The notes beneath the pieces are model-generated. The model was given only the letters and a program-made list of their open reading frames with translations. It had not been told where the DNA came from and did not search any database. Source: Nitrososphaerota archaeon (GTDB taxonomy: Archaea > Thermoproteota > Nitrososphaeria > Nitrososphaerales > Gagatemarchaeaceae). Taken from it: a stretch of 64,000 bases of DNA. Below, one piece after another: positions 54,742 to 62,928 of the stretch (its first letter is position 1; each line of letters begins with the position of its first letter). A program made the translations under genes and the position numbers. The stretch is from NCBI GenBank assembly GCA_027320175.1, contig DAHVLU010000024.1:16349-80348 (forward strand), read 5' to 3'.

Positions 54742-54769
54742 GGCGGCAGGGCCGCCCTCTCTTATTTTT
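54741..54769. terminator. Bidirectional terminator-like hairpin plus T-tract
   Basis: GGGCGGC-AGG-GCCGCCC perfect 7-bp stem followed by TCTCTTATTTTT, located between convergent genes. Confidence 0.5.
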
Positions 54770-55892
54770 GCGCCGGGGCGTTTGATTCCTTCTGCAGGGC
54801 GGTGTTCATCTGACGCGTGTTGAACTTCCATTCCCCGTCGCGATACATGTGGTGCGGGATCGTGAACGAGTACGACTCGGCTGGCTTGACGAACCCGACC
54901 TCGAGCCTCGGCCCAAGGTGAGGCACCGCGTCGTTGATGTAGGTGGACACGGCCATGAGGTCCGTCAGTGGGACGTACATGAACGCCGTGTATGTCCCGT
55001 CCTCTAGGAGATCCTCCGACCAAAGGAATGGGACTTTGCTCACCGCCGCCTGGGCGGCCGCCAGCTCCGCCTTGGACAGGCCGTGGAAAGTGAAGTGTGT
55101 GGTTGCCGTCGAGTGGACGAGCCTCTTCGAGAGGTCCTGGGTCCACCTGATCCTGTAGGAGGGGATCAGCTTCCATTTCTGGACGTGTGTGCGGTAGTGG
55201 TACTCGAGCGTCTTCTGGTGGACCCTGAGCTTCCTCGCGATCCCGGTCAGGTGCTGGAGCGAGTCCTTCTGCAGCTCCTTGATTATGAGCAGGTCGTAGG
55301 GGTCGACGTCGTGGGGCTCGGCCCTCGCTCCCTGCAACAGTGAACCGGGGGCAGACTCCGAGACCTTGCCCCATTCGATCTCCCACCTCCCCGACCTGAA
55401 GTTGAAGAAGTGTGGGTCCATCGGCTTGTTCCGGTTCGCCATGTCTCTGCTGAGTGTGAAGCTGCTCAGAATTCCTTTGTCCCTCAGCCCCGCCAGGAAC
55501 TCCCTGTACTGTTCCGACGTCCCCTTGGGAAGGGCGAAGAGCGCGATGAAGTTCCCCTGGGGGATTAGCTTGCCGTAGTAGACGAGATACCCCACCTGGT
55601 TCAACGCCGCCAGTATCTGCGTGGCCATCGCGCTGTAGGGCTTGCCGAAGTCGAGCGTGGCCCAGTGGAGGGTCAGCCCAAGCTTCGCGTAGTCGACCTC
55701 GGCGTGGAACCTGAACCCAAGGCGGCCGAACCTCTTCTTGATCTTGTACCTGATGGTCTCCTGGTGCGCCCCGGTCATCCGCGAAATCTGTGCGATGTTC
55801 CTAGGGCCTGCCTTCCCGATCGCCGTGATGATCCTGGCTTCAAGACCAGGCTCGTCGTCCTTGATTGTTTGGAGAGATTTTGCGTGAGACAT
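54762..55892 (-). CDS. Transcriptional regulator with two wHTH modules (Lrp/AsnC- or TrmB-like)
   Basis: EARIITAIGKAGPRNIAQISRMTGAHQETIRYKIKK and DLLIIKELQKDSLQHLTGIARKLRVHQKTLEYHYRTHV. ATG at 55892 is ~30 nt from TATA CCTTAATTAC. Confidence 0.65.
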   Translation of the reverse strand: MSHAKSLQTIKDDEPGLEARIITAIGKAGPRNIAQISRMTGAHQETIRYKIKKRFGRLGFRFHAEVDYAKLGLTLHWATLDFGKPYSAMATQILAALNQVGYLVYYGKLIPQGNFIALFALPKGTSEQYREFLAGLRDKGILSSFTLSRDMANRNKPMDPHFFNFRSGRWEIEWGKVSESAPGSLLQGARAEPHDVDPYDLLIIKELQKDSLQHLTGIARKLRVHQKTLEYHYRTHVQKWKLIPSYRIRWTQDLSKRLVHSTATTHFTFHGLSKAELAAAQAAVSKVPFLWSEDLLEDGTYTAFMYVPLTDLMAVSTYINDAVPHLGPRLEVGFVKPAESYSFTIPHHMYRDGEWKFNTRQMNTALQKESNAPAQK

Positions 55893-56037
55893 GTTTTTTG
55901 TCAGCAAAAACGAGTAATTAAGGCTGCCATGTTTTCTGATTGGTAAGTGGGGGGCCGGTCTGCCTTGGTCGCCCTACCCGCGTGGGCTCGCAGGGCCTCT
56001 GCGCCGCTGGGGGTTCCTTTGGCATCTGTCGTCGGCG

Positions 56038-56436
56038 CTATCTTTCGGCCACTTGGGCCGGCTTCAGGTAGACCCTTCGGTACACCCACGAGTTCCCGAA
56101 CCGCTCCCGCTTGATGAACTGTTTGTCAGCCAGGCGGGCCAGATAGGTCGAGATGGTGCTGAGCTTGGCCGGCTGGTTGTATTTCTCCTCGAGTTCCCTG
56201 GCAACGTCCGATGAAGAAAAATCGCCGGCCGAAAACGTGGTTTCCAGCAGTGTCTGCACCTTGCCGAAGAAGGTCCCTTCGTCCGGGGCCCTGTGCGGGC
56301 GCTCCATCGGGACGTCCATGACCTCGAGCATGTCCATGGCCTTCATCACCTTGTCCCTGGAGACGGCCCCTTCCAGCGCGAGGGTGTACTTGGTCCCTTC
56401 TTCGTCTTCTAGTTCGATCTTGATCCGCTTGCGCAA
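56038..56436 (-). CDS. Small wHTH DNA-binding protein
   Basis: C-terminal DVARELEEKYNQPAKLSTISTYLARLADKQFIKRERFGNSWVYR. Confidence 0.6.
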   Translation of the reverse strand: MRKRIKIELEDEEGTKYTLALEGAVSRDKVMKAMDMLEVMDVPMERPHRAPDEGTFFGKVQTLLETTFSAGDFSSSDVARELEEKYNQPAKLSTISTYLARLADKQFIKRERFGNSWVYRRVYLKPAQVAER

Positions 56437-56574
56437 ATTACGGCCCCGCCCGTGCCCCAGGCCCCGATTTATCGCTGTCAGGTGTGAACTTGTGAACCTG
56501 GTTGTCGATTAGTTTGACAATGGTTTGATAGGGTCCGGGGTGTTCACCGGCGTTCACTGGCCCTGTTTCGCGGC

Positions 56575-56610
56575 GGGGGCTGGACAGGCTCCAATGGAAA
56601 CAAAGGGGTC
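56575..56610 (+). repeat. Origin recognition box ORB-1
   Basis: GGGGGCTGGACAGGCTCCAATGGAAACAAAGGGGTC: CTCCAnTGGAAAC dyad followed by a G-string. Confidence 0.7.
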
Positions 56611-56633
56611 AGAGCCGGCCTTTTCGCTGGTTT

Positions 56634-56669
56634 GGGGGCTGGACAGGCTCCAGTGGAAATACAGGGGTC
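56634..56669 (+). repeat. Origin recognition box ORB-2
   Basis: GGGGGCTGGACAGGCTCCAGTGGAAATACAGGGGTC. 33/36 identical to ORB-1 and 59 nt downstream of it. Confidence 0.7.
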
Positions 56670-56717
56670 TGCCCGGGGTCTGGTGCGCGGACGCGTTCAC
56701 CCAGGTTCACGGTTAAT

Positions 56718-56753
56718 CCCCCACCCCACCGTTTCCACTGGAGCCTGTCCCCC
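56718..56753 (-). repeat. Origin recognition box ORB-3 (inverted)
   Basis: Reverse complement is GGGGGACAGGCTCCAGTGGAAACGGTGGGGTGGGGG. Its 19-nt core GGACAGGCTCCAGTGGAAA is identical to ORB-2. Confidence 0.7.
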
Positions 56754-56998
56754 GAACAAAGTCGTCCCTCACAGAGCCATCTGCCAACCAACGGCGTCGG
56801 CGTCTAGACCCCAAGGGATATCCAGTCAAGGCCGCTTACCAAGTGCGGGCTCTTTTTACTGACGTAAACTGACTATCCTCTTTGGGGCTCTTAGACTGGA
56901 AACAAGCGAAGCGCAGGGGAGGGGGATATGATCGAAGGCGGCCGAGCAGCCGCAAAGGTTTATATCGAAAGCTCTACCGTTGAACGATTTGGCTATCG

Positions 56999-57208
56999 AT
57001 GGAAACAGTGAAGGTTTCGAGGAAATACCAGGTAGTAATCCCCGAGAGGATTCGCCAAGAGGCGGGCATCAAGCCAGGCGACAGAATGGTGGCAGTCACC
57101 AAGCACGGTATCCTCCAGTACGTCCCCGTTCGTCCCATCTCGAAGACTAGGGGGATGGTGCCGGGCCTGGACACGGACGAACTGCGCGACGAGACCGAGC
57201 ACGAATGA
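56999..57208 (+). CDS. vapB: AbrB/SpoVT-family antitoxin (VapB-like)
   Basis: VKVSRKYQVVIPERIRQEAGIKPGDRM looped-hinge-helix motif. 4-nt overlap with the PIN gene. Confidence 0.8.
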   Translation: METVKVSRKYQVVIPERIRQEAGIKPGDRMVAVTKHGILQYVPVRPISKTRGMVPGLDTDELRDETEHE

Positions 57209-57576
57209 TCAGCGTCGACAGCTTCGGATGGATTGAGAGGTTCACCGACGGGCCCAAGGCAGCATCATACAACATGGTCATCGAGGGGTCCAAGCCCGCC
57301 GACATCGTAACCTCGGTCGTCGTACTCTACGAAGTCTACAGGAAGGTGAAGAAGGCCAAGGGCGAAGAGGCAGCCCTCGAGGCAGTCGCAGCGCTAAGCC
57401 AGACGACCGTGGTGCCCATCGACCAGACGCTGTCACTCGAAGCCGCCGACTACAGCCTTGAGCACGGCCTCCACTTCTCCGACGCGCTCATCTACGCCAC
57501 GGCCCGGCAGGCATCGGCCGAGCTCTACACCAGCGATGTGCACCTGAAAGGCCTGCAAGAAGTCAGAATAATCTAG
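57205..57576 (+). CDS. vapC: PIN-domain toxin (VapC-like)
   Basis: Acidic residues at the expected PIN positions (ISVDS, LYEVY, FSDALIYA, YTSD). Confidence 0.8.
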   Translation: MISVDSFGWIERFTDGPKAASYNMVIEGSKPADIVTSVVVLYEVYRKVKKAKGEEAALEAVAALSQTTVVPIDQTLSLEAADYSLEHGLHFSDALIYATARQASAELYTSDVHLKGLQEVRII

Positions 57577-58190
57577 GGCGCCGGAAGTCGGCGACGGCCC
57601 TCTTCGGTCAGTTCGTAGACAAAGGGCTTGGAGGTGTCGTTCCGTCTTACGAGCCCCGACTCGAACAGCGCCTTCATGATCCTTGCCGTGTGCTCTCGAG
57701 ACTTCCCCAGAGCATCTGTGAGCTGGCGCGTGTTCTTCGCGGCCTCGCTTAGCAGCCTCATGGCGGCCAGCTGGGTCTCGTCGAGCCCCTGGGTCGGGAT
57801 GGAGCCCACGGCGGGGGCCTGTGATGGCTGTGACTCCTGTGATTCTGGCTGTTGCGCAGGAAGGCTTGTGGTGTGACTTTCAATGGGCGCGCCCTCGGAT
57901 TGGAGGGCCACAGGGGCCACCGACGCCATCGTGGAGGGGGTACCAGCGGCCAGCGCCGCCGAGGCGGCCATGACCCTGGACTGGATGACCTCTACTCTTC
58001 CCATCATATCCAGGATGCGCGCATCCTGCTTCTTGAGACGCTCCTCCAACGAGGACCATAGGTCACGGCCCAGGTCTGTGGACGCGTTGATGCGCTCGGA
58101 GACCTGCCTGTATCTGACGAGCAAGGCGAAGGACAGGGCCACGAAGAAGAACGAAGTCGCCAGGAGGACCACCGTCGTGACGTCGACCAT
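57573..58190 (-). CDS. Membrane-anchored wHTH protein
   Basis: N-terminal TM VVLLATSFFFVALSFALLV, coiled coil, low-complexity linker, C-terminal wHTH (TRQLTDALGKSREHTARIMKALFESGLVRRN). Confidence 0.6.
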   Translation of the reverse strand: MVDVTTVVLLATSFFFVALSFALLVRYRQVSERINASTDLGRDLWSSLEERLKKQDARILDMMGRVEVIQSRVMAASAALAAGTPSTMASVAPVALQSEGAPIESHTTSLPAQQPESQESQPSQAPAVGSIPTQGLDETQLAAMRLLSEAAKNTRQLTDALGKSREHTARIMKALFESGLVRRNDTSKPFVYELTEEGRRRLPAP

Positions 58191-58322
58191 CTGTGACTTG
58201 TGCGTGGGTTCGGTTGTGATTTAAGGGTGATGCCACGGGCGCGCAACGACCGCACAGATCTAGGTCCCGAAGGGCGTCTCATCATCGCCGGCCCCCGACC
58301 CCGACGTGACTAGGCCCCTGCA

Positions 58323-58700
58323 TCACACAACGATTTTGCCAATCAAAGCCTGCAACACGCCCACAAACCGCCCAGACTCTTCTTCGGACAGCTCCCTGAC
58401 TCCGCCACCGGCTACTTCCAGCAACCTCCGGACGTCGTCTGGCTTTACGACCCCCACCCAAACCCCGATTAGCAGCGTGACAATCGACCGCCGAACATTC
58501 TCCCTGGCCTGCTGCACTGTTCGGAAGTACGATCCAACCGTCAACGGCTTGGGCCTGCCTCTGGTTCGCCCCTCAGAAGCCGCCGAGGCTGCCTCTCTGT
58601 ATCTCATCTCACCAATCGCCACCCGCAGATAGAGCCGCAGGGCCTCGAGTTGCCTCGGCGTCAGGTTCGACTGCTCGACAAGGGTTTCTGGTAGACTCAA
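58323..58700 (-). CDS. Small HTH-like protein (LTPRQLEALRLY type)
   Basis: NLTPRQLEALRLYLRVAIGEM resembles sigma-region-4/Tfx-like HTH openings. 125 aa. Confidence 0.45.
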   Translation of the reverse strand: MSLPETLVEQSNLTPRQLEALRLYLRVAIGEMRYREAASAASEGRTRGRPKPLTVGSYFRTVQQARENVRRSIVTLLIGVWVGVVKPDDVRRLLEVAGGGVRELSEEESGRFVGVLQALIGKIVV

Positions 58701-58893
58701 CGGCCACAGCTGTCAGCCAGAACTGTATTAATCATTCCGAACCCGGTAACCATGATAAACCACGATTTGCCTTGACTTGTTCATAATATTTTTATGGTTT
58801 TGGGCAGTGCAACCTAATCTTTACCAACGGGCTGGAGGGAGCGTGAGACGTTCGCTTATCTACCTCAGTTGACAGACGAGAGGGCGAGAGAGT

Positions 58894-59154
58894 TTGGGTA
58901 GGAGACGCAAGAAAACCCTTCGAGTGGTCCACAAGACCCTGCCGTCGGTCTTCGCATGCCCTCGATGCGGCTTGATTTCGATTCGTATCACATCAGAACA
59001 AGATCCTGCATCACAAGATTACGTATTTCGCGTCACATGCGGTAACCCCAACTGTCCTTTGCACGCGGGCAGAGAAATGAGGTACTCGACCAAGAGGGCC
59101 AACATAGACGTCTACAATACCTTCGTAGACGACTACGCCAAGGCCGGGGTCTGA
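58894..59154 (+). CDS. elf1: Transcription elongation factor Elf1 homologue
   Basis: MGRRRKKTL basic N-terminus, zinc ribbon FACPRCG...VTCGNPNCP, C-terminal IDVYNTFVDDY as in Elf1 (VDVYSDWID). Confidence 0.75.
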   Translation: MGRRRKKTLRVVHKTLPSVFACPRCGLISIRITSEQDPASQDYVFRVTCGNPNCPLHAGREMRYSTKRANIDVYNTFVDDYAKAGV

Positions 59155-59155
59155 C

Positions 59156-59929
59156 TTGATCGAGCTGGGTCCAGTAGAGAAATATCTCATTGAAAGGACG
59201 AAGCGGGGACCGGTAGTTGCTGCACTGATTGATCCTGAGGACTTCTCCCCAAAGCAAGCTGCCGACACCGCAGCCAAGACTATAGACGCGGGCGCAGCCC
59301 TGATCTTGGTGGGGGGCTCGACTCTGGCCGACCAGGGGAGGCTAGACACCATCGTGAAAGCGGTCCAAAGCCACACAAAATCACACGCTGGTCACACCAA
59401 ATCACACGACGTACCCGTGGTCCTTTTCCCGGGCAACATCACAGGCGTCTCACGACACGCCGACGCCATCCTTTTCAGTTCCCTTCTGAATTCGACCAAT
59501 TCTTACTTCATCATAGGAGCTCAGGCCCTTGGAGCAATCGAAGTCTACAAGAGCAAGATCGAGAGCATCCCCATGGGGTACCTCGTGTTCGGCAACAGCA
59601 GCGCGACGAGCTTCATTGGCCAGGTGAACGCCCTTCCTCCTTCCAAGCCGAACCTTGCCGTGATCTACGCCCTTGCAGCACAGTATCTTGGGATGAGAAC
59701 ACTGTACTTGGAAGCAGGGAGCGGGTCTGGGGACCCGGTGCCCCCAGAAACCATTCGGGCAGTACGCAAGACATACGACGGCCTGTTGATTGTGGGCGGC
59801 GGAATCACCACACCGGGTTCAGCAGATAAGGCGGCCAAGGCGGGCGCCGATATCCTCGTGGTTGGAAACCTCCTTCAGACCCTCGGATTCGAAAGGGTCC
59901 TGAGGCAGATTGTCGATTCAACTGGCTAG
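59156..59929 (+). CDS. Geranylgeranylglyceryl phosphate synthase (PcrB/GGGPS family)
   Basis: LILVGGSTL, FPGN, LYLEAGSGSGDPVP, LIVGGGITT. Contains a His-rich tandem insertion SHTKSHAGHTKSH. Confidence 0.8.
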   Translation: MIELGPVEKYLIERTKRGPVVAALIDPEDFSPKQAADTAAKTIDAGAALILVGGSTLADQGRLDTIVKAVQSHTKSHAGHTKSHDVPVVLFPGNITGVSRHADAILFSSLLNSTNSYFIIGAQALGAIEVYKSKIESIPMGYLVFGNSSATSFIGQVNALPPSKPNLAVIYALAAQYLGMRTLYLEAGSGSGDPVPPETIRAVRKTYDGLLIVGGGITTPGSADKAAKAGADILVVGNLLQTLGFERVLRQIVDSTG

Positions 59930-60197
59930 AGTCGACCACGTCTCACCCGCGCAGGGAGGAGGCCGTCGTAGTTGTCCCTCGCCATTTGGGCACGACGACG
60001 ATTAACGAAAGCCAACCCGACCCGACTGAATCAGGCCTTCAGGGTTTGGCAGACGCACCCACACTGACATTTGTGGGTGAAAAACACCCAGAGCAGCTAG
60101 GATAACCCATGGAACGGAAACGTAATGTCAAACGGCAATTACTTGGACGCCCTTGACGACTTCGGAATCTTATATCACTATTTGGAATGGTGAGTGT

Positions 60198-60446
60198 ATG
60201 GCATCAAGATCACACGCCGATGAGGAAAGGTCTAGACTGCAGAAAGCCCTCAAAGGACTCCCAGATTCGAAGAACCCGGATGAAACCATCCCAGTCAGGA
60301 AATCCAGTCTGGAAAACTTGGTTGAAATCTTCGACCACAAGATACGCTCGAGGAATAAGAGCATGCAATACGAAGCTCTAGTAGAGATAAGGGACTATCT
60401 GCAAAAACTCATCGATGAGGGTGTTGGTACTCAAGACGATAGGTAG
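60198..60446 (+). CDS. Hypothetical small protein
   Basis: 82-aa ORF from the ATG at 60198. Helical and charged. No recognisable motif. Confidence 0.35.
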   Translation: MASRSHADEERSRLQKALKGLPDSKNPDETIPVRKSSLENLVEIFDHKIRSRNKSMQYEALVEIRDYLQKLIDEGVGTQDDR

Positions 60447-60507
60447 TCCCACTACCGCTTCTTCCAACTCTTCGCGGCTGTTCAACTACACTGTCGTTCC
60501 TTTCACC

Positions 60508-60790
60508 TTACACCGCCGCCCGCAGTACGAACAACCCAACACCATGGGGCTCGTTTCCCGTTGGTGGTAGAGGCATGTACCCAATCATGACGACTCCGTC
60601 CTCTTTGAACCACTGGAATGGCATCCCGCCCCCTAATGGGAACGATTCTGGGGAGGCTGGCGGCATCACGCCAAGGCTAGAGATTCTCGGCTCAGCTGCC
60701 GTCTACGGCGATCCCGAGTCCCTCCTGGGGCTTTTTCTTCGAGCACAGCGGCGGGGTACTGATCACTGCCTGAAGCAGTGGCAGGGTTCA
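60508..60790 (-). pseudogene. Decayed partial duplicate of the C-terminal module of gene 60860-61738
   Basis: Minus-strand frames give ...SKKKPQEGLGIAVDGS* then, in another frame, ...PLGGGMPFQWFKEDGVVMIGYMPLPPTGNE.... The intact gene has QKKPDTAHVIMGS...PIRGGVPFQGFKEDGLILIGYMPPPPTGNE. Confidence 0.55.
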
Positions 60791-60859
60791 TTGTTATCCG
60801 AAGGAACCGGTTTCACTTTCGGAGATTTTTCGACGAGCACGAAACAGTACAAGACACGG

Positions 60860-61738
60860 TTATTCTTTCTCTTTGTCTGTTATTTTGAACGCCGCCATCC
60901 ACAGAACCATCACATGAATGTCCCGAACCTCATTGCCCGTGGGAGGCGGAGGCATATACCCAATCAATATCAGCCCATCTTCTTTGAACCCCTGGAACGG
61001 CACCCCACCCCTGATGGGTGAGAGCGTGTCCCGCGCCAGATAGACCTCCTTCGCTTCTGGCTTGAAGATGGTGGCCCACGCCTTCGACCCCATAATCACA
61101 TGCGCCGTATCGGGTTTCTTCTGCAGTTCCTTCTGGAAAGGCAAGTCCAAATCCCCAAAAGACAGAACCAGCTCTTGGCAACTCCCGAACTCGTACGGTG
61201 GTGCCTTCGCGTTCCCGGTGGACTGGTTGTGGTCGACATCGGCTGTTATCCTCGCGAACACGGGGCGCAACTTCGAAGTGGCGCCAGGGTCGCTCGACAG
61301 CGTCAGGAGGTTGTTTCCCGCTCCAAGTATCGTGGGGTTTCCAACCGCTTCGAACTTCACCTCAGGCGGACGCCTCCTGTACCGCAGTCCCATCTGGGCC
61401 CCACGCGGCTTGCCCCTCTCGCCACCTTCGACTAGAATCGCTTCGTATCTGACCCCCTGAATCGTGAGGTAGCCCGCCCACGCAAGCGCATATCGCTCGG
61501 CTTCTGAGGGTACGGCCAGGAGCGCCTGCCGGGCTTCTTCGAACCCGAACTCGAGCCTCTCCCGCTTGAATCCCTGGATATACTGCCCCGAGGGCAGCTC
61601 GATCACCGCAAAGGGAGCTTCCTCTCCCCTCCCAGCTACTTGAGCGCTGAATTCCTGGAGAGCGGCCAGCATCAGTTTGAGCAACTTCGGGTTATCGTCT
61701 AGCTCCGGCAGCCCGGTTTTCGGATTGTCAGCGCTCAT
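60860..61738 (-). CDS. Hypothetical protein (292 aa from ATG 61738)
   Basis: Two-part protein. No family recognised. Its C-terminal module is duplicated in degenerate form downstream. Confidence 0.5.
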   Translation of the reverse strand: MSADNPKTGLPELDDNPKLLKLMLAALQEFSAQVAGRGEEAPFAVIELPSGQYIQGFKRERLEFGFEEARQALLAVPSEAERYALAWAGYLTIQGVRYEAILVEGGERGKPRGAQMGLRYRRRPPEVKFEAVGNPTILGAGNNLLTLSSDPGATSKLRPVFARITADVDHNQSTGNAKAPPYEFGSCQELVLSFGDLDLPFQKELQKKPDTAHVIMGSKAWATIFKPEAKEVYLARDTLSPIRGGVPFQGFKEDGLILIGYMPPPPTGNEVRDIHVMVLWMAAFKITDKEKE

Positions 61739-61790
61739 CTTTTCGGTCCTTGGCGCGTCTTTGCTTCCTCTTCCTAGCAGATTCATGCTC

Positions 61791-62276
61791 TCAGAACCGT
61801 ATGTCTCGTCCCTCCGGCTTGAGCTTCGAACAGTCCGGGCAGAGCCACACTGGGATGTTCGCACCATCGAGCTTAGAGTCCTGGTAATCTTTCTTGAGCC
61901 ACCCTTTGGTATGACACGAATCACACGCGTAATCATCAGGGGGAGGGTTTGTGCGGGCAGACCCATTTGTGACAACGACGTGGGTTCTCACGAGCGTGCC
62001 ATACATCCCAATTAGGACGTACGCATCCATTTCGCGCTTCTCCTTGAGCGCTGTAGGAGGCAACGGGTAGAACCGGACGAGCGCCTGCGCGTCGGCGGGT
62101 TCGATGTTGGACCGACCACTACCAGTCAATCCTATTACAGCTTGCCGCAATTCCGCGTCGGCTAGATACTGGCTGACGGGGAAAATCGCAAGTGTAAAGC
62201 GATCGTCATCATCCCTCTTATCCATCACTTCGCTCCTTGGCCTTCCTGAATCGGCTTCATATAAGGGGGGATGCAC
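61791..62276 (-). CDS. Hypothetical protein with C-terminal zinc-ribbon-like CxxC pairs
   Basis: YACDSCHTKGW...WLCPDCSK. Lies 52 nt upstream of the 292-aa gene on the same strand. Confidence 0.45.
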   Translation of the reverse strand: MHPPLYEADSGRPRSEVMDKRDDDDRFTLAIFPVSQYLADAELRQAVIGLTGSGRSNIEPADAQALVRFYPLPPTALKEKREMDAYVLIGMYGTLVRTHVVVTNGSARTNPPPDDYACDSCHTKGWLKKDYQDSKLDGANIPVWLCPDCSKLKPEGRDIRF

Positions 62277-62337
62277 AACGGACGCCCTTGGTTAATCAGA
62301 AGGGCAAAAGCGGATTCCACGAGGTCGGCTAGTTAGC

Positions 62338-62919
62338 ATGGAACTCGGCGGTCAACGAGCGTCTTCTCGATTGAATTTCGCTGGGCGGAACCCTCGGCTC
62401 TTGGTGCCAGCCCTGTTCCTCCTGATCCTCGCGGGGTACGAATTCGCGACCTTCCAAACCTCCGCGTCGTTACAATCCACATTCAACCTTCCTTCAGGGG
62501 ACTACTATCAAATTAGCACGACTCGAAACCCCTCGGATACTATTTCGGGGCAGTTCCACGAGACCTCAGGGCGCCCCGTGAGTTTCTTCATTTTCACCAG
62601 CGCCCAATTCGCCGCCTTCCAGGTGGGCACGTCGTTAGACTCGGTCTACAACATCACTGACTCTGCTTCTTCGGCCATCTCCTACACTTTCAAGAACCAA
62701 GACACTTTCTATCTCGTATTCAGGCACGGAAGCGGCCTGCTCAACACCACAGAAACCGTTTACTTCCAACGAACATACACGGCGAGTGATTCGCTGAGGG
62801 CAACACTCGCATTCGTCTTCCTCATCTTCGGAGCCCTCAACTTGGTTCTCGCATTCATCAAACGCAAGCCGAAAGCCGTCGCGCCGCCTCCTCAGCCGAA
62901 CGAAACCACTTCGCAGTAA
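62338..62919 (+). CDS. Membrane-anchored protein (N- and C-terminal TM, extracytoplasmic middle)
   Basis: LLVPALFLLILAGYEFATF and LAFVFLIFGALNLVLAFI flank a Ser/Thr-rich beta-looking domain. Confidence 0.55.
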   Translation: MELGGQRASSRLNFAGRNPRLLVPALFLLILAGYEFATFQTSASLQSTFNLPSGDYYQISTTRNPSDTISGQFHETSGRPVSFFIFTSAQFAAFQVGTSLDSVYNITDSASSAISYTFKNQDTFYLVFRHGSGLLNTTETVYFQRTYTASDSLRATLAFVFLIFGALNLVLAFIKRKPKAVAPPPQPNETTSQ

Positions 62920-62928
62920 CAGAGTCGG

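Larger units (their letters stand above)
56470..56930. other. Putative replication origin (oriC) region
   Basis: Non-coding stretch containing three strong ORB elements (two direct, one inverted), one degenerate ORB-like element (~56884-56925), and an AT-richer segment flanked by GTGAAC/GTTCAC hexamers. Lies 2 kb from orc1/cdc6 and polD. Confidence 0.65.

Noticed and set aside
54466-55386. 306-aa minus-strand ORF
   Set aside because: It is an alternative frame of the same strand as the 381-aa wHTH regulator gene. The translation is Arg/Gly/Pro-rich with no motifs, while the regulator frame has two clear HTH modules.
56575-56753. Possible mini-CRISPR array (repeats ending in GGAAAC/GGAAAT, ~59-nt period)
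   Set aside because: There are only two direct copies, and the third copy is inverted, which CRISPR repeats never are. The repeats carry the ORB dyad plus G-string signature. They sit in a non-coding region near orc1/cdc6 and 40 kb from the Cas1-like gene, so they are better explained as origin recognition boxes.
60056-60082. Hairpin CACCCACA-N9-TGTGGGTG downstream of GGGPS as a possible att site or sRNA
   Set aside because: It is a single 8-bp stem with no partner repeat elsewhere in the window. It is most simply a terminator-like or incidental hairpin.
60575-61021. 148-aa plus-strand ORF
   Set aside because: It runs antisense across the 3' end of the 292-aa gene and its decayed duplicate. 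The similarity between the two halves is explained by the minus-strand duplication.
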